Shown in pieces: positions 9,658 through 17,130 of a stretch of DNA of 64,000 bases. The notes beneath the pieces were generated by a model. The model saw only the letters and a list, made by a program, of their open reading frames with translations, was not told the DNA's origin and did not search any database. The position numbers and the translations under genes were made by a program. Each line of letters begins with the position of its first letter. The first letter of the stretch is position 1. The stretch is from an uncultured Prevotellaceae bacterium (GTDB lineage Bacteria > Bacteroidota > Bacteroidia > Bacteroidales > Bacteroidaceae), in contig ONSR01000004.1 in the NCBI GenBank assembly GCA_900320565.1, forward strand, positions 9,647-73,646, read 5' to 3'.

Positions 9658-10395
9658 TTAGTCAATATTAAGGAGATACTCCGCTAAAGTCTTCTTCAGT
9701 TCCTTCGTTGCGCCTTCCAGATGAAGGGCGTCCTTCTGCGGATGCAACTCGAGGGCTTTCCAGATGCCGAGCAGCAGGAAGGTCCGATCGTTGTCGTTCG
9801 AGGCATCTTGCGACGCTGCATATTGCAACTTGCCTCGGCGAAAGACGGCGATGAAGAAGCGCTGCTCGTCGAAGTGAACATAGATGTCTCGCTGCTCAAC
9901 GTCTTCCGGAGCAGGACGTTTCTCTTGCTGAGCGGCAAAACGCTCCAGTTGCTCGGCATCAGCGCAACATACCTTGACGTCGGGATAACACTCCTGCACG
10001 ATGCGAAGGATATCGCCATCGAGGCAGAATATCATCACGGCCTCGAGCGACGAGAGTATCTGATACTGCATGTCTGCCACGCTTGCCTGCTGACTTGGGA
10101 AGCAGAGGCGATAGAACGCAAGCATGTCGCTCTTGTTGAAGTGCTCAAGGGGAACGATGGTGGCGGAGCCTTCGACGACAAGTTCCGTGCTCTGGAAACG
10201 ATAGTCCATCAGGTAAGGCTTCTGCAAAGCCTGCCTCAGGACGTCGGCCGCAGCATCCTGTTTGGAGACAGGGAAGCGGTCGGTCTGTACTACAGAGCCA
10301 TCGAGGCCGTTCAGTACAGAAAAAGAAAATCCATCCGCACCTAAGCGGATGGATAGTCTATAGCTTGTGAAAGAATTACTCCCAGTTGCCAGCAT
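9658..10395 (-). CDS. DUF3822 family protein
   Basis: N-terminal YRLSIRLGADGFSFSV is typical of DUF3822. Start is ambiguous (10395 or 10422); both overlap the upstream gene end. Confidence 0.6.
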   Translation of the reverse strand: MLATGSNSFTSYRLSIRLGADGFSFSVLNGLDGSVVQTDRFPVSKQDAAADVLRQALQKPYLMDYRFQSTELVVEGSATIVPLEHFNKSDMLAFYRLCFPSQQASVADMQYQILSSLEAVMIFCLDGDILRIVQECYPDVKVCCADAEQLERFAAQQEKRPAPEDVEQRDIYVHFDEQRFFIAVFRRGKLQYAASQDASNDNDRTFLLLGIWKALELHPQKDALHLEGATKELKKTLAEYLLNID

Positions 10396-11065
10396 TGTTG
10401 TTCCAGTTGTTGCCGGCGTCACCGATTCTCAGGCCAGGATAAGCACCCTTGGCGTCAGCCTCTTCTGCACGATTGTAGATGAGGCGCTTGCCAGCCTTGC
10501 CCATTCCCTTGAGGAAGCTGCTGTCGGGAGCATTACACTCCATAACCTGAATGATGGTACCCGAGCGAGTGGTGTTGGGACAAGCAATGATTTCGAACGT
10601 GTCGCCCTGAGAGAAGGGGATGTAACGCAAGGAGTCGGCTACGAAGCCTTCGTAGTTGTAGAGCGAGTCCTGCAGCGAAACCCAGATGGTATCGCGCTTG
10701 AAACCTTGCAGGCCATTAGCAGCAATAGCTGCGGCATCACCGCTGTTTACGATGGCGGCTGCCTTTGCTTCGGTCAGGCCCTTGTTCATCTGATCCTCAG
10801 TCAGCAAGCCCTGCTTCATGACAACGGGCAGTTTGCCTTCCTTGACGAACTTGATAAGTTCCGACCAATCTGCGCAATAGACTCCGTCGTGCTGAGCCTT
10901 GTAGGCTTCCTCTGCACTACGAATCTCCATAAGACGGGCCTTTACAACATTCTCTCTGGCTGCGACTGTTGCGTCGAAGTCCTCGGTATCCTTGATGCTG
11001 CGCCAGCAGATGAAGAGCAAACCGGCTACACAGATACCTAAAATAAGATTTATTACCTTTTTCAT
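10376..11065 (-). CDS. hypothetical membrane-anchored protein
   Basis: MKKVINLILGICVAGLLFICW signal/anchor. Start chosen at the ATG 36 nt after a TActTTTG box. Confidence 0.6.
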   Translation of the reverse strand: MKKVINLILGICVAGLLFICWRSIKDTEDFDATVAARENVVKARLMEIRSAEEAYKAQHDGVYCADWSELIKFVKEGKLPVVMKQGLLTEDQMNKGLTEAKAAAIVNSGDAAAIAANGLQGFKRDTIWVSLQDSLYNYEGFVADSLRYIPFSQGDTFEIIACPNTTRSGTIIQVMECNAPDSSFLKGMGKAGKRLIYNRAEEADAKGAYPGLRIGDAGNNWNNNAGNWE

Positions 11066-11100
11066 ACGATATATGTAATTTATTTTGTATATTCGCATCG

Positions 11101-11108
11101 CAAAAGTA
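11101..11108 (-). promoter_or_regulatory. -7 box TActTTTG (operon 11065 to rsmD)
   Basis: The reverse complement of caaaagta lies 36 nt upstream of the start at 11065. Confidence 0.55.
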
Positions 11109-11157
11109 AAAATAATTATTCATATATCCACCAAAAAGGGCTTTTTTTTATAAAAGA

Positions 11158-12651
11158 ATGGCAATAAGTGAAGATTTAGGTGCCCTAATCAGGGAGAACT
11201 TCGACCATAAACCGACGAAAGAGCAGGAAAAAGCAATCATTTTGCTTGCCGACTTTTTGCTTTCAAGAGAGCGTGATACGGTTTTCCTCCTGAAAGGATA
11301 TGCCGGCACGGGCAAGACTTCTCTGCTGGCAGCCTTGGTGCGGACGCTCGGTATGTTGCAGCAAAGGGTCATGTTGCTTGCCCCAACCGGCAGGGCAGCC
11401 AAGGTGTTGTCGTCCTACGCGGGCGTTCCAGCATACACTATACACAGGAAGATCTACCGCCAGAAGTCTATCACGGACATGGATGTCTTTCAGAACGATG
11501 TCAACCTTAGGCAGGATACTCTGTTCATCGTAGATGAGGCGTCGATGATTGCGAATGATGCCCACGACACAACCGTCTTTGGTACTGGCCGTTTGCTCGA
11601 CGATTTGATGCACTACGTCTATTCCTGCGAGGGCTGCCGACTCGTGCTGGTGGGCGACACGGCACAGCTTCCGCCGGTCGGCGAGGAAGAGAGTCCGGCC
11701 CTGAGCCGCACGATGCTTGAGGGTTATGGGATGGAAGTGACGGAACTCCAGCTGACCCAAGTTGTCCGTCAACTCGAGGAGTCCGGCATTCTTTGGAACG
11801 CCACGATGCTGCGAAGCCTCATCCAGAACGACGAGATGTTCGAGTTTCCCAAGCTCAGAGGCAAGACCTTCCCCGACGTCAAAGCACTCCCCGGCGATGA
11901 ACTCATCGAGGCGCTCGAGCAGAGTTACCGTAAGTACGGAACCGACGGAACGATAGTCGTGACCCGAAGCAACAAGCGTGCCAATATATATAATAATGGT
12001 ATAAGAGCCCGCATCCTCGACCACGAAGAGGAACTCTCCAGCGGCGACCTGATTATGGTGGCGAAGAATAATTATTATTGGAATGACCGAGAACAGCAGC
12101 AAGGGGCAAGGGGCAAGGAGCAAGAGAACAGCAATCCTCTTGCCCCCTGCCCCTTGCCCCTTGCCCCTTTCTCCTTCATCGCCAACGGCGACATCGCGGT
12201 GGTTCGCCGACTTCGAAACGAGAGGTCGTTCTACGGATTCCGTTTCGCCGACGCCATCCTTGAGTTTCCCGACTACGACAACCGCGAGATGGAGGTCACC
12301 GTCCTGCTCGACACCCTGCAGAGCGAAGCGCCTGCCCTTACCCGACAACAGCAGGAAGCGCTCTTCCAGGGCGTTTGGGAGGACTATCCCGAACTGACGA
12401 ACCGACGCGACAGGATGAAGAAATTGCGCCAAGACCCCTACTACAACGCCCTGCAAATCAAGTATGCCTATGCCGTGACCTGTCATAAGGCTCAGGGCGG
12501 ACAATGGGAGCACGTCTATATCGACCAAGGTTACATCACCGAGGAGATGCTCACGCCCGACTATTTCCGCTGGCTCTACACAGCCATCACCCGCGCTACC
12601 GAACAGGTCTATCTCGTCAACTGGCCCGACTCGGCACTTTCCGACGCCTAA
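11158..12651 (+). CDS. RecD/Pif1-like ATP-dependent DNA helicase
   Basis: GYAGTGKT (Walker A), LFIVDEASMI (Walker B), VLVGDTAQLPPV, AVTCHKAQGGQWEHVYI. Confidence 0.85.
   Translation: MAISEDLGALIRENFDHKPTKEQEKAIILLADFLLSRERDTVFLLKGYAGTGKTSLLAALVRTLGMLQQRVMLLAPTGRAAKVLSSYAGVPAYTIHRKIYRQKSITDMDVFQNDVNLRQDTLFIVDEASMIANDAHDTTVFGTGRLLDDLMHYVYSCEGCRLVLVGDTAQLPPVGEEESPALSRTMLEGYGMEVTELQLTQVVRQLEESGILWNATMLRSLIQNDEMFEFPKLRGKTFPDVKALPGDELIEALEQSYRKYGTDGTIVVTRSNKRANIYNNGIRARILDHEEELSSGDLIMVAKNNYYWNDREQQQGARGKEQENSNPLAPCPLPLAPFSFIANGDIAVVRRLRNERSFYGFRFADAILEFPDYDNREMEVTVLLDTLQSEAPALTRQQQEALFQGVWEDYPELTNRRDRMKKLRQDPYYNALQIKYAYAVTCHKAQGGQWEHVYIDQGYITEEMLTPDYFRWLYTAITRATEQVYLVNWPDSALSDA
12096..12170. repeat. 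inverted heptamer arms (gcaaggg)n / (ccccttg)n inside the helicase gene
   Basis: Left arm 12099-12126 and right arm 12137-12167 are near-perfect reverse complements. Confidence 0.9.
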
Positions 12652-12693
12652 CCAGACGGGTCTCGTCACAAAAATTGACACGTCATCTTCGTT

Positions 12694-12759
12694 GCATATA
12701 CATGTATGTGCAATTGCATGTACATGTATATGCAATTGCAAGTACATGTACGTGCAATA
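12694..12759. repeat. 22-bp phased palindromic array, TACATGTA/TGCAATTGCA family (3 units)
   Basis: gcatatacatgtatgtgcaatt / gcatgtacatgtatatgcaatt / gcaagtacatgtacgtgcaata. A sister array lies at 32336-32401. Confidence 0.9.
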
Positions 12760-12876
12760 AACTTCCCCTGTCAAGTCGGATGCGACATCCTGCCGGAAGC
12801 GGTCATGAAATGTCGTTCCTTTACAAACAAAGGCAAAAAAATCGGCCCACATGATAGAAGTTACGGATATTTTTGC

Positions 12877-12884
12877 TAACTTTG
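12877..12884 (+). promoter_or_regulatory. -7 box TAacTTTG (rfbD operon)
   Basis: taactttg lies 27 nt upstream of the ATG at 12912. Confidence 0.55.
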
Positions 12885-12911
12885 TACACAGAATATAGTA
12901 TAAGAAAGGAA

Positions 12912-13883
12912 ATGAATATACTCGTTACAGGAGCGAACGGACAGTTGGGCAACGAGATGCGCATCGTGGCTAAGGACTCGGCGGACCATTACATCTTCAC
13001 CGACGTCACTCAGCAAGAAGGCGCAGAGACCACGTTCCTCGACATCACCGACCTCGACGCCATCCGCGCGATGGTCAAGGAGAACGACGTCCGCGCCATC
13101 GTAAACTGTGCCGCGTGGACTAACGTCGATGCAGCCGAGGCTCCCGAGAATCGTGCGCTCGTCGAGAAGCTCAATGCGACAGCCCCCGAGAACCTGGCTC
13201 GCGCCATGAAGGAAGTGGGCGGTTGGCTCGTGCAGATATCGACCGACTACGTGTTCGGCAAGGAGCCTTACAACACGCCTTGTCGCCCCGACCAGCAGGG
13301 CACACCGACCGGCGTCTATGGCGAAACGAAGAAGATGGGAGAGGAGCGAATCCAAAAAGTATTTAATGAAAAATTAAAAATTAAAAGTGAAAAATTAATA
13401 GCAAGCGAGGCAGAAGGTTCAATGGTCAATGGTCAATGGTCAATGGTCAATGGCGGCTACATCATCATCCGCACGGCCTGGCTCTACAGTGAATACGGCA
13501 AGAACTTCTGCAAGACGATGCTCAACCTCACGGCCACCAAGCCGCAGCTCAAGGTTGTCTTCGATCAATGCGGCACTCCGACGTATGCCCTCGACCTGGC
13601 ACGCGCGATACAAGTCATCCTCCAGAAGCCCGTGCAAGGCATCTACCACTTCTCGAACGAAGGCGTCTGCTCGTGGTACGACTTCACGCAGATGATTGCC
13701 CGCATCGCCGGACACAAGGACTGCGACATCCAGCCCTGCCTGTCTTCGGAATATCCAAGTCCCGTGAAGCGTCCCGCCTACTCCGTCCTCGACAAACGCA
13801 GCATCCGGGAAACCTTCGGCATCGAGGTTCCGTACTGGGTCGATTCACTCGAAAAATGCATTAAGAACATCATTGAAAATTGA
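12912..13883 (+). CDS. rfbD: dTDP-4-dehydrorhamnose reductase
   Basis: MNILVTGANGQLG start, YGETK, IIRTAWLYS. Carries a roughly 33-codon repeat insertion. Confidence 0.9.
   Translation: MNILVTGANGQLGNEMRIVAKDSADHYIFTDVTQQEGAETTFLDITDLDAIRAMVKENDVRAIVNCAAWTNVDAAEAPENRALVEKLNATAPENLARAMKEVGGWLVQISTDYVFGKEPYNTPCRPDQQGTPTGVYGETKKMGEERIQKVFNEKLKIKSEKLIASEAEGSMVNGQWSMVNGGYIIIRTAWLYSEYGKNFCKTMLNLTATKPQLKVVFDQCGTPTYALDLARAIQVILQKPVQGIYHFSNEGVCSWYDFTQMIARIAGHKDCDIQPCLSSEYPSPVKRPAYSVLDKRSIRETFGIEVPYWVDSLEKCIKNIIEN
13368..13453. repeat. mosaic element in rfbD: (aaaaatt)-type arm + spacer + (aatggtc)x4.7 arm
   Basis: gaaaaattaaaaattaaaagtgaaaaattaata ... aatggtcaatggtcaatggtcaatggtcaatgg. Confidence 0.9.
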
Positions 13884-13963
13884 AGATTGAACATTGAACA
13901 TTATTCCGACCCGAAGACTTAGGGCGCAGCCCAATGGTCAATGGTCAATGGTCAATGTTCAAT
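13872..13963. repeat. hairpin-type heptamer element across the rfbD stop and the rfbD-rfbC spacer
   Basis: Left arm attgaaa attgaag attgaac attgaac att, a 30-nt GC-rich spacer, right arm aatggtc x3 aatgttc aat. Confidence 0.9.
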
Positions 13964-13975
13964 AAAGAAAAACAT

Positions 13976-14536
13976 ATGGAAGTAATTAAGACCGCCATCG
14001 AAGGCGTACTTATCATAGAACCACGCATCTTCAGGGATGCACGCGGGTACTTCTTCGAATCATTCTCGCAAAGGGAGTTCGAAGAGAAAGTCGGCCCCAT
14101 CAACTTTGTACAAGATAACGAAAGCATGTCCTCTTATGGGGTGATGCGCGGACTGCACTTCCAGCGCCCACCCTACACGCAGAGCAAACTCGTTCGCTGC
14201 GTCAGGGGAGCCGTTCTGGACGTAGCCGTCGATATCCGCAAAGGGTCTCCGACCTACGGACAGCACGTCGCCGTCGAACTCACAGAAGAGAATCATCGTC
14301 AGTTCTTCATTTCGAAAGGCTTCGCCCATGGTTTTGCCGTACTGAGCGAGACTGCCGTCTTCCAGTACAAATGCGATGAGTTCTACCATCCCGAGGCAGA
14401 CGACGGTATCGCCATAACAGACCTAAGCCTCGGCATCGACTGGCGAATCCCCATGGAGAAGGCAATCCTGAGCGAAAAAGACACTAAGCATATTAACCTG
14501 AAGGACTTCGAAAGTCCGTTCACAGACCCTCTCTAA
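13976..14536 (+). CDS. rfbC: dTDP-4-dehydrorhamnose 3,5-epimerase
   Basis: FRDARGYFFESF, MRGLHFQ, KLVRCVRGAVLDVAVDIR. The track start at 13934 lies inside a heptamer array, so I trimmed it to MEVIKT. Confidence 0.9.
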   Translation: MEVIKTAIEGVLIIEPRIFRDARGYFFESFSQREFEEKVGPINFVQDNESMSSYGVMRGLHFQRPPYTQSKLVRCVRGAVLDVAVDIRKGSPTYGQHVAVELTEENHRQFFISKGFAHGFAVLSETAVFQYKCDEFYHPEADDGIAITDLSLGIDWRIPMEKAILSEKDTKHINLKDFESPFTDPL

Positions 14537-14555
14537 CTCCCCCTTAAAGGGGGAG
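14524..14555. repeat. left arm of the CCCCCTTAAAGGGGG palindromic element flanking the DUF559 gene
   Basis: agaccctctctaactcccccttaaagggggag is identical to 27911-27942. Confidence 0.9.
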
Positions 14556-14572
14556 AACACAGGCTGAAAACA

Positions 14573-14938
14573 ATGAAATGGCAAACGGCAGACACAATAG
14601 AATATGAACTTCTAAAAAGCCATTCAAAGGCAAAACGCGGCAATCAGACAGAAGCAGAGTCTGTTTTCTGGCAAATGGCGAAAGGCAGCGGACTAGGACA
14701 AAAGTGCAGAAGACAATACATTATCGGAGAGTATATCGTTGACTTCTTCTTTCGGCAATCAATGCTAATAGTGGAAATAGACGGAGGATACCACTTCACA
14801 GAAGAACAACAAAAGGAGGACATAACGAGACAAAACTGGTTGGAGCAAAAAGGATATAAAGTTCTGCGGTTCACCAACGAACAAGTCTTATATGACACAG
14901 ACAATATGATTAACGAATTAAAAAAGCATCTAATCTAA
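14573..14938 (+). CDS. DUF559 (Vsr-like endonuclease fold) protein
   Basis: YIVDFFF...LIVEIDGGYH...GYKVLRFTN pattern of DUF559. A/T-rich third codon positions, unlike the flanking rfb genes. Confidence 0.8.
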   Translation: MKWQTADTIEYELLKSHSKAKRGNQTEAESVFWQMAKGSGLGQKCRRQYIIGEYIVDFFFRQSMLIVEIDGGYHFTEEQQKEDITRQNWLEQKGYKVLRFTNEQVLYDTDNMINELKKHLI

Positions 14939-14939
14939 T

Positions 14940-16115
14940 ATGAGTAACAACAGTTCATCCCCCTTTAAGGGGGACAGAGGGGGTCTCAACATCGTCATAA
15001 CTGGTGGAGCCGGTTTCATCGGCAGTCACGTAGTACGCCTCTTTGTCAACAAGTACCCCGAATACAAGATCATCAACCTCGACAAGTTGACCTACGCAGG
15101 CAACCTCGCCAACCTCAAGGACATCGAGGACAAGCCCAACTACAAGTTCGTGAAGATGGACATCTGCGACTTCGACGCCTTCTACAAACTGATGCAGGAC
15201 GAGAAGATAGACGGCATCATCCACCTCGCAGCAGAGAGTCACGTGGACCGCAGCATCAAAGACCCCTTCACCTTTGCTCGCACGAATGTGATGGGAACAC
15301 TCTCCCTCCTGCAAGCTGCCAAGCTCTATTGGGAAAGCCTGCCAGAGCGGTACGAAGGCAAACGCTTCTATCACATCTCGACCGACGAGGTGTACGGCGC
15401 TCTGGAGATGACCAACCCGGAAGGCATAAAACCGCCTTTCACCACGACAGCCAGCAGTTCGGAGCATCATCTGGCATATGGCAAGGACTTCTTCTACGAG
15501 ACAACGAAGTACCAGCCACACAGTCCGTACTCCGCTTCGAAAGCCTCCAGCGACCACTTTGTCCGCGCTTTCCACGACACTTACGGCATGCCGACCATCG
15601 TCACGAACTGCTCCAACAACTACGGCCCCTATCAGTTCCCCGAGAAACTGATTCCTCTCTTCATCAACAACATACGCCATCGCAAGCCTCTTCCCGTTTA
15701 TGGTAAGGGCGAGAACGTGCGCGACTGGCTCTACGTCGAAGACCACGCTCGTGCCATCGACACGATCTTCCACAAGGGACAGATTGCCGAGACGTACAAC
15801 ATCGGCGGCTTCAACGAGTGGAAGAACATTGATATCATCAAGACTGTCATCAATACAGTTGACCGTTTGCTTGGCCGTCCAGAAGGAGCCGACATGGACC
15901 TCATCACATACGTCACAGACAGGCTTGGTCACGACGCACGCTACGCCATCGACTCCACCAAGCTGCAAAAGGAACTTGGATGGGAGCCGTCGCTCCAGTT
16001 CGAAGAGGGCATCGAAAAGACCGTCAAGTGGTACCTCGAGAACGAGGCTTGGATGGACAACATCACAAGCGGCGACTACGAGAAGTACTACGAGGAGATG
16101 TACAAGAATCGCTAA
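14940..16115 (+). CDS. rfbB: dTDP-glucose 4,6-dehydratase
   Basis: ITGGAGFIGSH, YSASKASSD and the long Bacteroidota-type form. The first roughly 16 codons are encoded by a repeat arm. Confidence 0.9.
   Translation: MSNNSSSPFKGDRGGLNIVITGGAGFIGSHVVRLFVNKYPEYKIINLDKLTYAGNLANLKDIEDKPNYKFVKMDICDFDAFYKLMQDEKIDGIIHLAAESHVDRSIKDPFTFARTNVMGTLSLLQAAKLYWESLPERYEGKRFYHISTDEVYGALEMTNPEGIKPPFTTTASSSEHHLAYGKDFFYETTKYQPHSPYSASKASSDHFVRAFHDTYGMPTIVTNCSNNYGPYQFPEKLIPLFINNIRHRKPLPVYGKGENVRDWLYVEDHARAIDTIFHKGQIAETYNIGGFNEWKNIDIIKTVINTVDRLLGRPEGADMDLITYVTDRLGHDARYAIDSTKLQKELGWEPSLQFEEGIEKTVKWYLENEAWMDNITSGDYEKYYEEMYKNR
14958..14986. repeat. right (inverted) arm of the element flanking the DUF559 gene
   Basis: tccccctttaagggggacagagggggtct is an imperfect reverse complement of the left arm. 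Confidence 0.85.
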
Positions 16116-16124
16116 GCAAAACAA

Positions 16125-17048
16125 GTGTTCATCACTTCCAGATTCAACCCCAAAGGCCTGCAGCTGCAACTGGTGTTGTTCCTGTTAGCGCCGCTCACGA
16201 TGATGACTTTCTCGCTTGGCTCCACGCGGGAAGTCTTCATCTCCCTTGTGGTGGCAGGTGTCTTGCTTGCCATCGCGCTGTGTGTCTGGGCTTTCCGTCT
16301 GAAGACAATCAGCGTCATGGACCAGGAACTGGAAGTGAAACATACCTGTCTACCCTTCCTGAAGCGTTACTATCGGCTGGCAGAATTCGACTCCTTTATT
16401 ATAGAAGAAGACGGAATATACGAGACGTTCTTCCTGCTCATCCAAGGGAAGCGGGCCGTCAAGCTGTCGTCAAAAATCTACAAGAACTATGCGGAGCTGA
16501 AGGAAGCGCTTTCGGTGGTCGGCCTTAAGGAATGGGGAACGGATGCCAATCGCGCAGTCGATTCGGTGTTTGCCAAAAGCCATCTCGCCGCCACCTTCGT
16601 GCTGTTCCTCTTAGTCCTCCTCTTTGTTGCAATTCCCATTATTGAGTATGTCGAAGACGGACAAGTGACGAAGAAGTCCTATTTCCTCATGTTAGTGGGC
16701 GGACTGATGTTTGTTCCCTTCTTCCTCTACGCGCTCTCCTGCTGCAAACGGCTCACCATCTGGCGCGGACATCTGGAGGTAAGGAGCCTGCTGACCCCGT
16801 GGAAGGTAGACTACTACTCACTCGACGACTTCGACTTCGCCTTGGAGGTCGTCACCCCATCGCACTTTGAGGAGGAGAAGTCGTTGTGGCTTGTCCGCGA
16901 CAACAAACTGGCTCTCAGCATTCCAAAGAACGTCTATGCAAACTACGATGTGTTGGAACATGCCATCGGCATCGTGCCGTCCGATACAATTAAGATGAGC
17001 TACTTCAAGAAGCTCAAATATCATTTAGGTAACACAATTGATTTCTGA
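16125..17048 (+). CDS. hypothetical integral membrane protein
   Basis: Several hydrophobic segments. The GTG start at 16125 is uncertain; ATG alternatives lie near 16200. Confidence 0.5.
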   Translation: MFITSRFNPKGLQLQLVLFLLAPLTMMTFSLGSTREVFISLVVAGVLLAIALCVWAFRLKTISVMDQELEVKHTCLPFLKRYYRLAEFDSFIIEEDGIYETFFLLIQGKRAVKLSSKIYKNYAELKEALSVVGLKEWGTDANRAVDSVFAKSHLAATFVLFLLVLLFVAIPIIEYVEDGQVTKKSYFLMLVGGLMFVPFFLYALSCCKRLTIWRGHLEVRSLLTPWKVDYYSLDDFDFALEVVTPSHFEEEKSLWLVRDNKLALSIPKNVYANYDVLEHAIGIVPSDTIKMSYFKKLKYHLGNTIDF

Positions 17049-17074
17049 GGAAGACATCAAAAGTAATACCCCCC

Positions 17075-17119
17075 AAAAAAGAAGCACCCAAACGACCAGA
17101 TTTGAGTGCTTCCTTTTTT
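17075..17119. terminator. bidirectional terminator between the membrane-protein gene and alaS
   Basis: Stem gaagcacccaaa / tttgagtgcttc (one mismatch), flanked by an A6 run and a T6 run. Confidence 0.7.
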
Positions 17120-17130
17120 ATGTTATGCCT

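Noticed and set aside
11263-12852. 529-aa ORF antisense to the RecD-like helicase. Similar long antisense ORFs: 2534..3631, 14955..16169, 17038..18219, 18910..19980, 28836..30545, 48346..49386, 53875..55380, 57125..58321, 59014..61017.
   Set aside because: Each lies entirely opposite a gene with clear family motifs. Their translations are low-complexity (rich in V/H/A/L/G/D) with no motifs, which is the pattern expected for shadow ORFs opposite GC3-rich genes. None has a promoter box or a sensible start context.
13421-13453. Phase variation of essential genes (rfbD, alaS, queA) through heptamer slippage.
   Set aside because: Switching alaS or queA off would be lethal or strongly deleterious. 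The interrupted units in the arrays (substituted or 8-nt units) should also reduce slippage. I kept the idea only as a hypothesis for the non-essential sialidase-like tail.
13934-13975. MVNGQWSM... as the true RfbC N-terminus, and MNYRT... (19827) as the AlaS N-terminus.
   Set aside because: Both ATGs lie inside heptamer arrays. The conserved protein N-termini ([20 protein letters not shown]) start at the next ATG.
14573-14938. Calling the DUF559 cassette a bona fide mobile element or insertion sequence.
   Set aside because: No transposase or integrase is present, no target-site duplication could be identified, and DUF559 activity on the arms is untested. It is reported as a hypothesis under findings and not annotated as a mobile_element.
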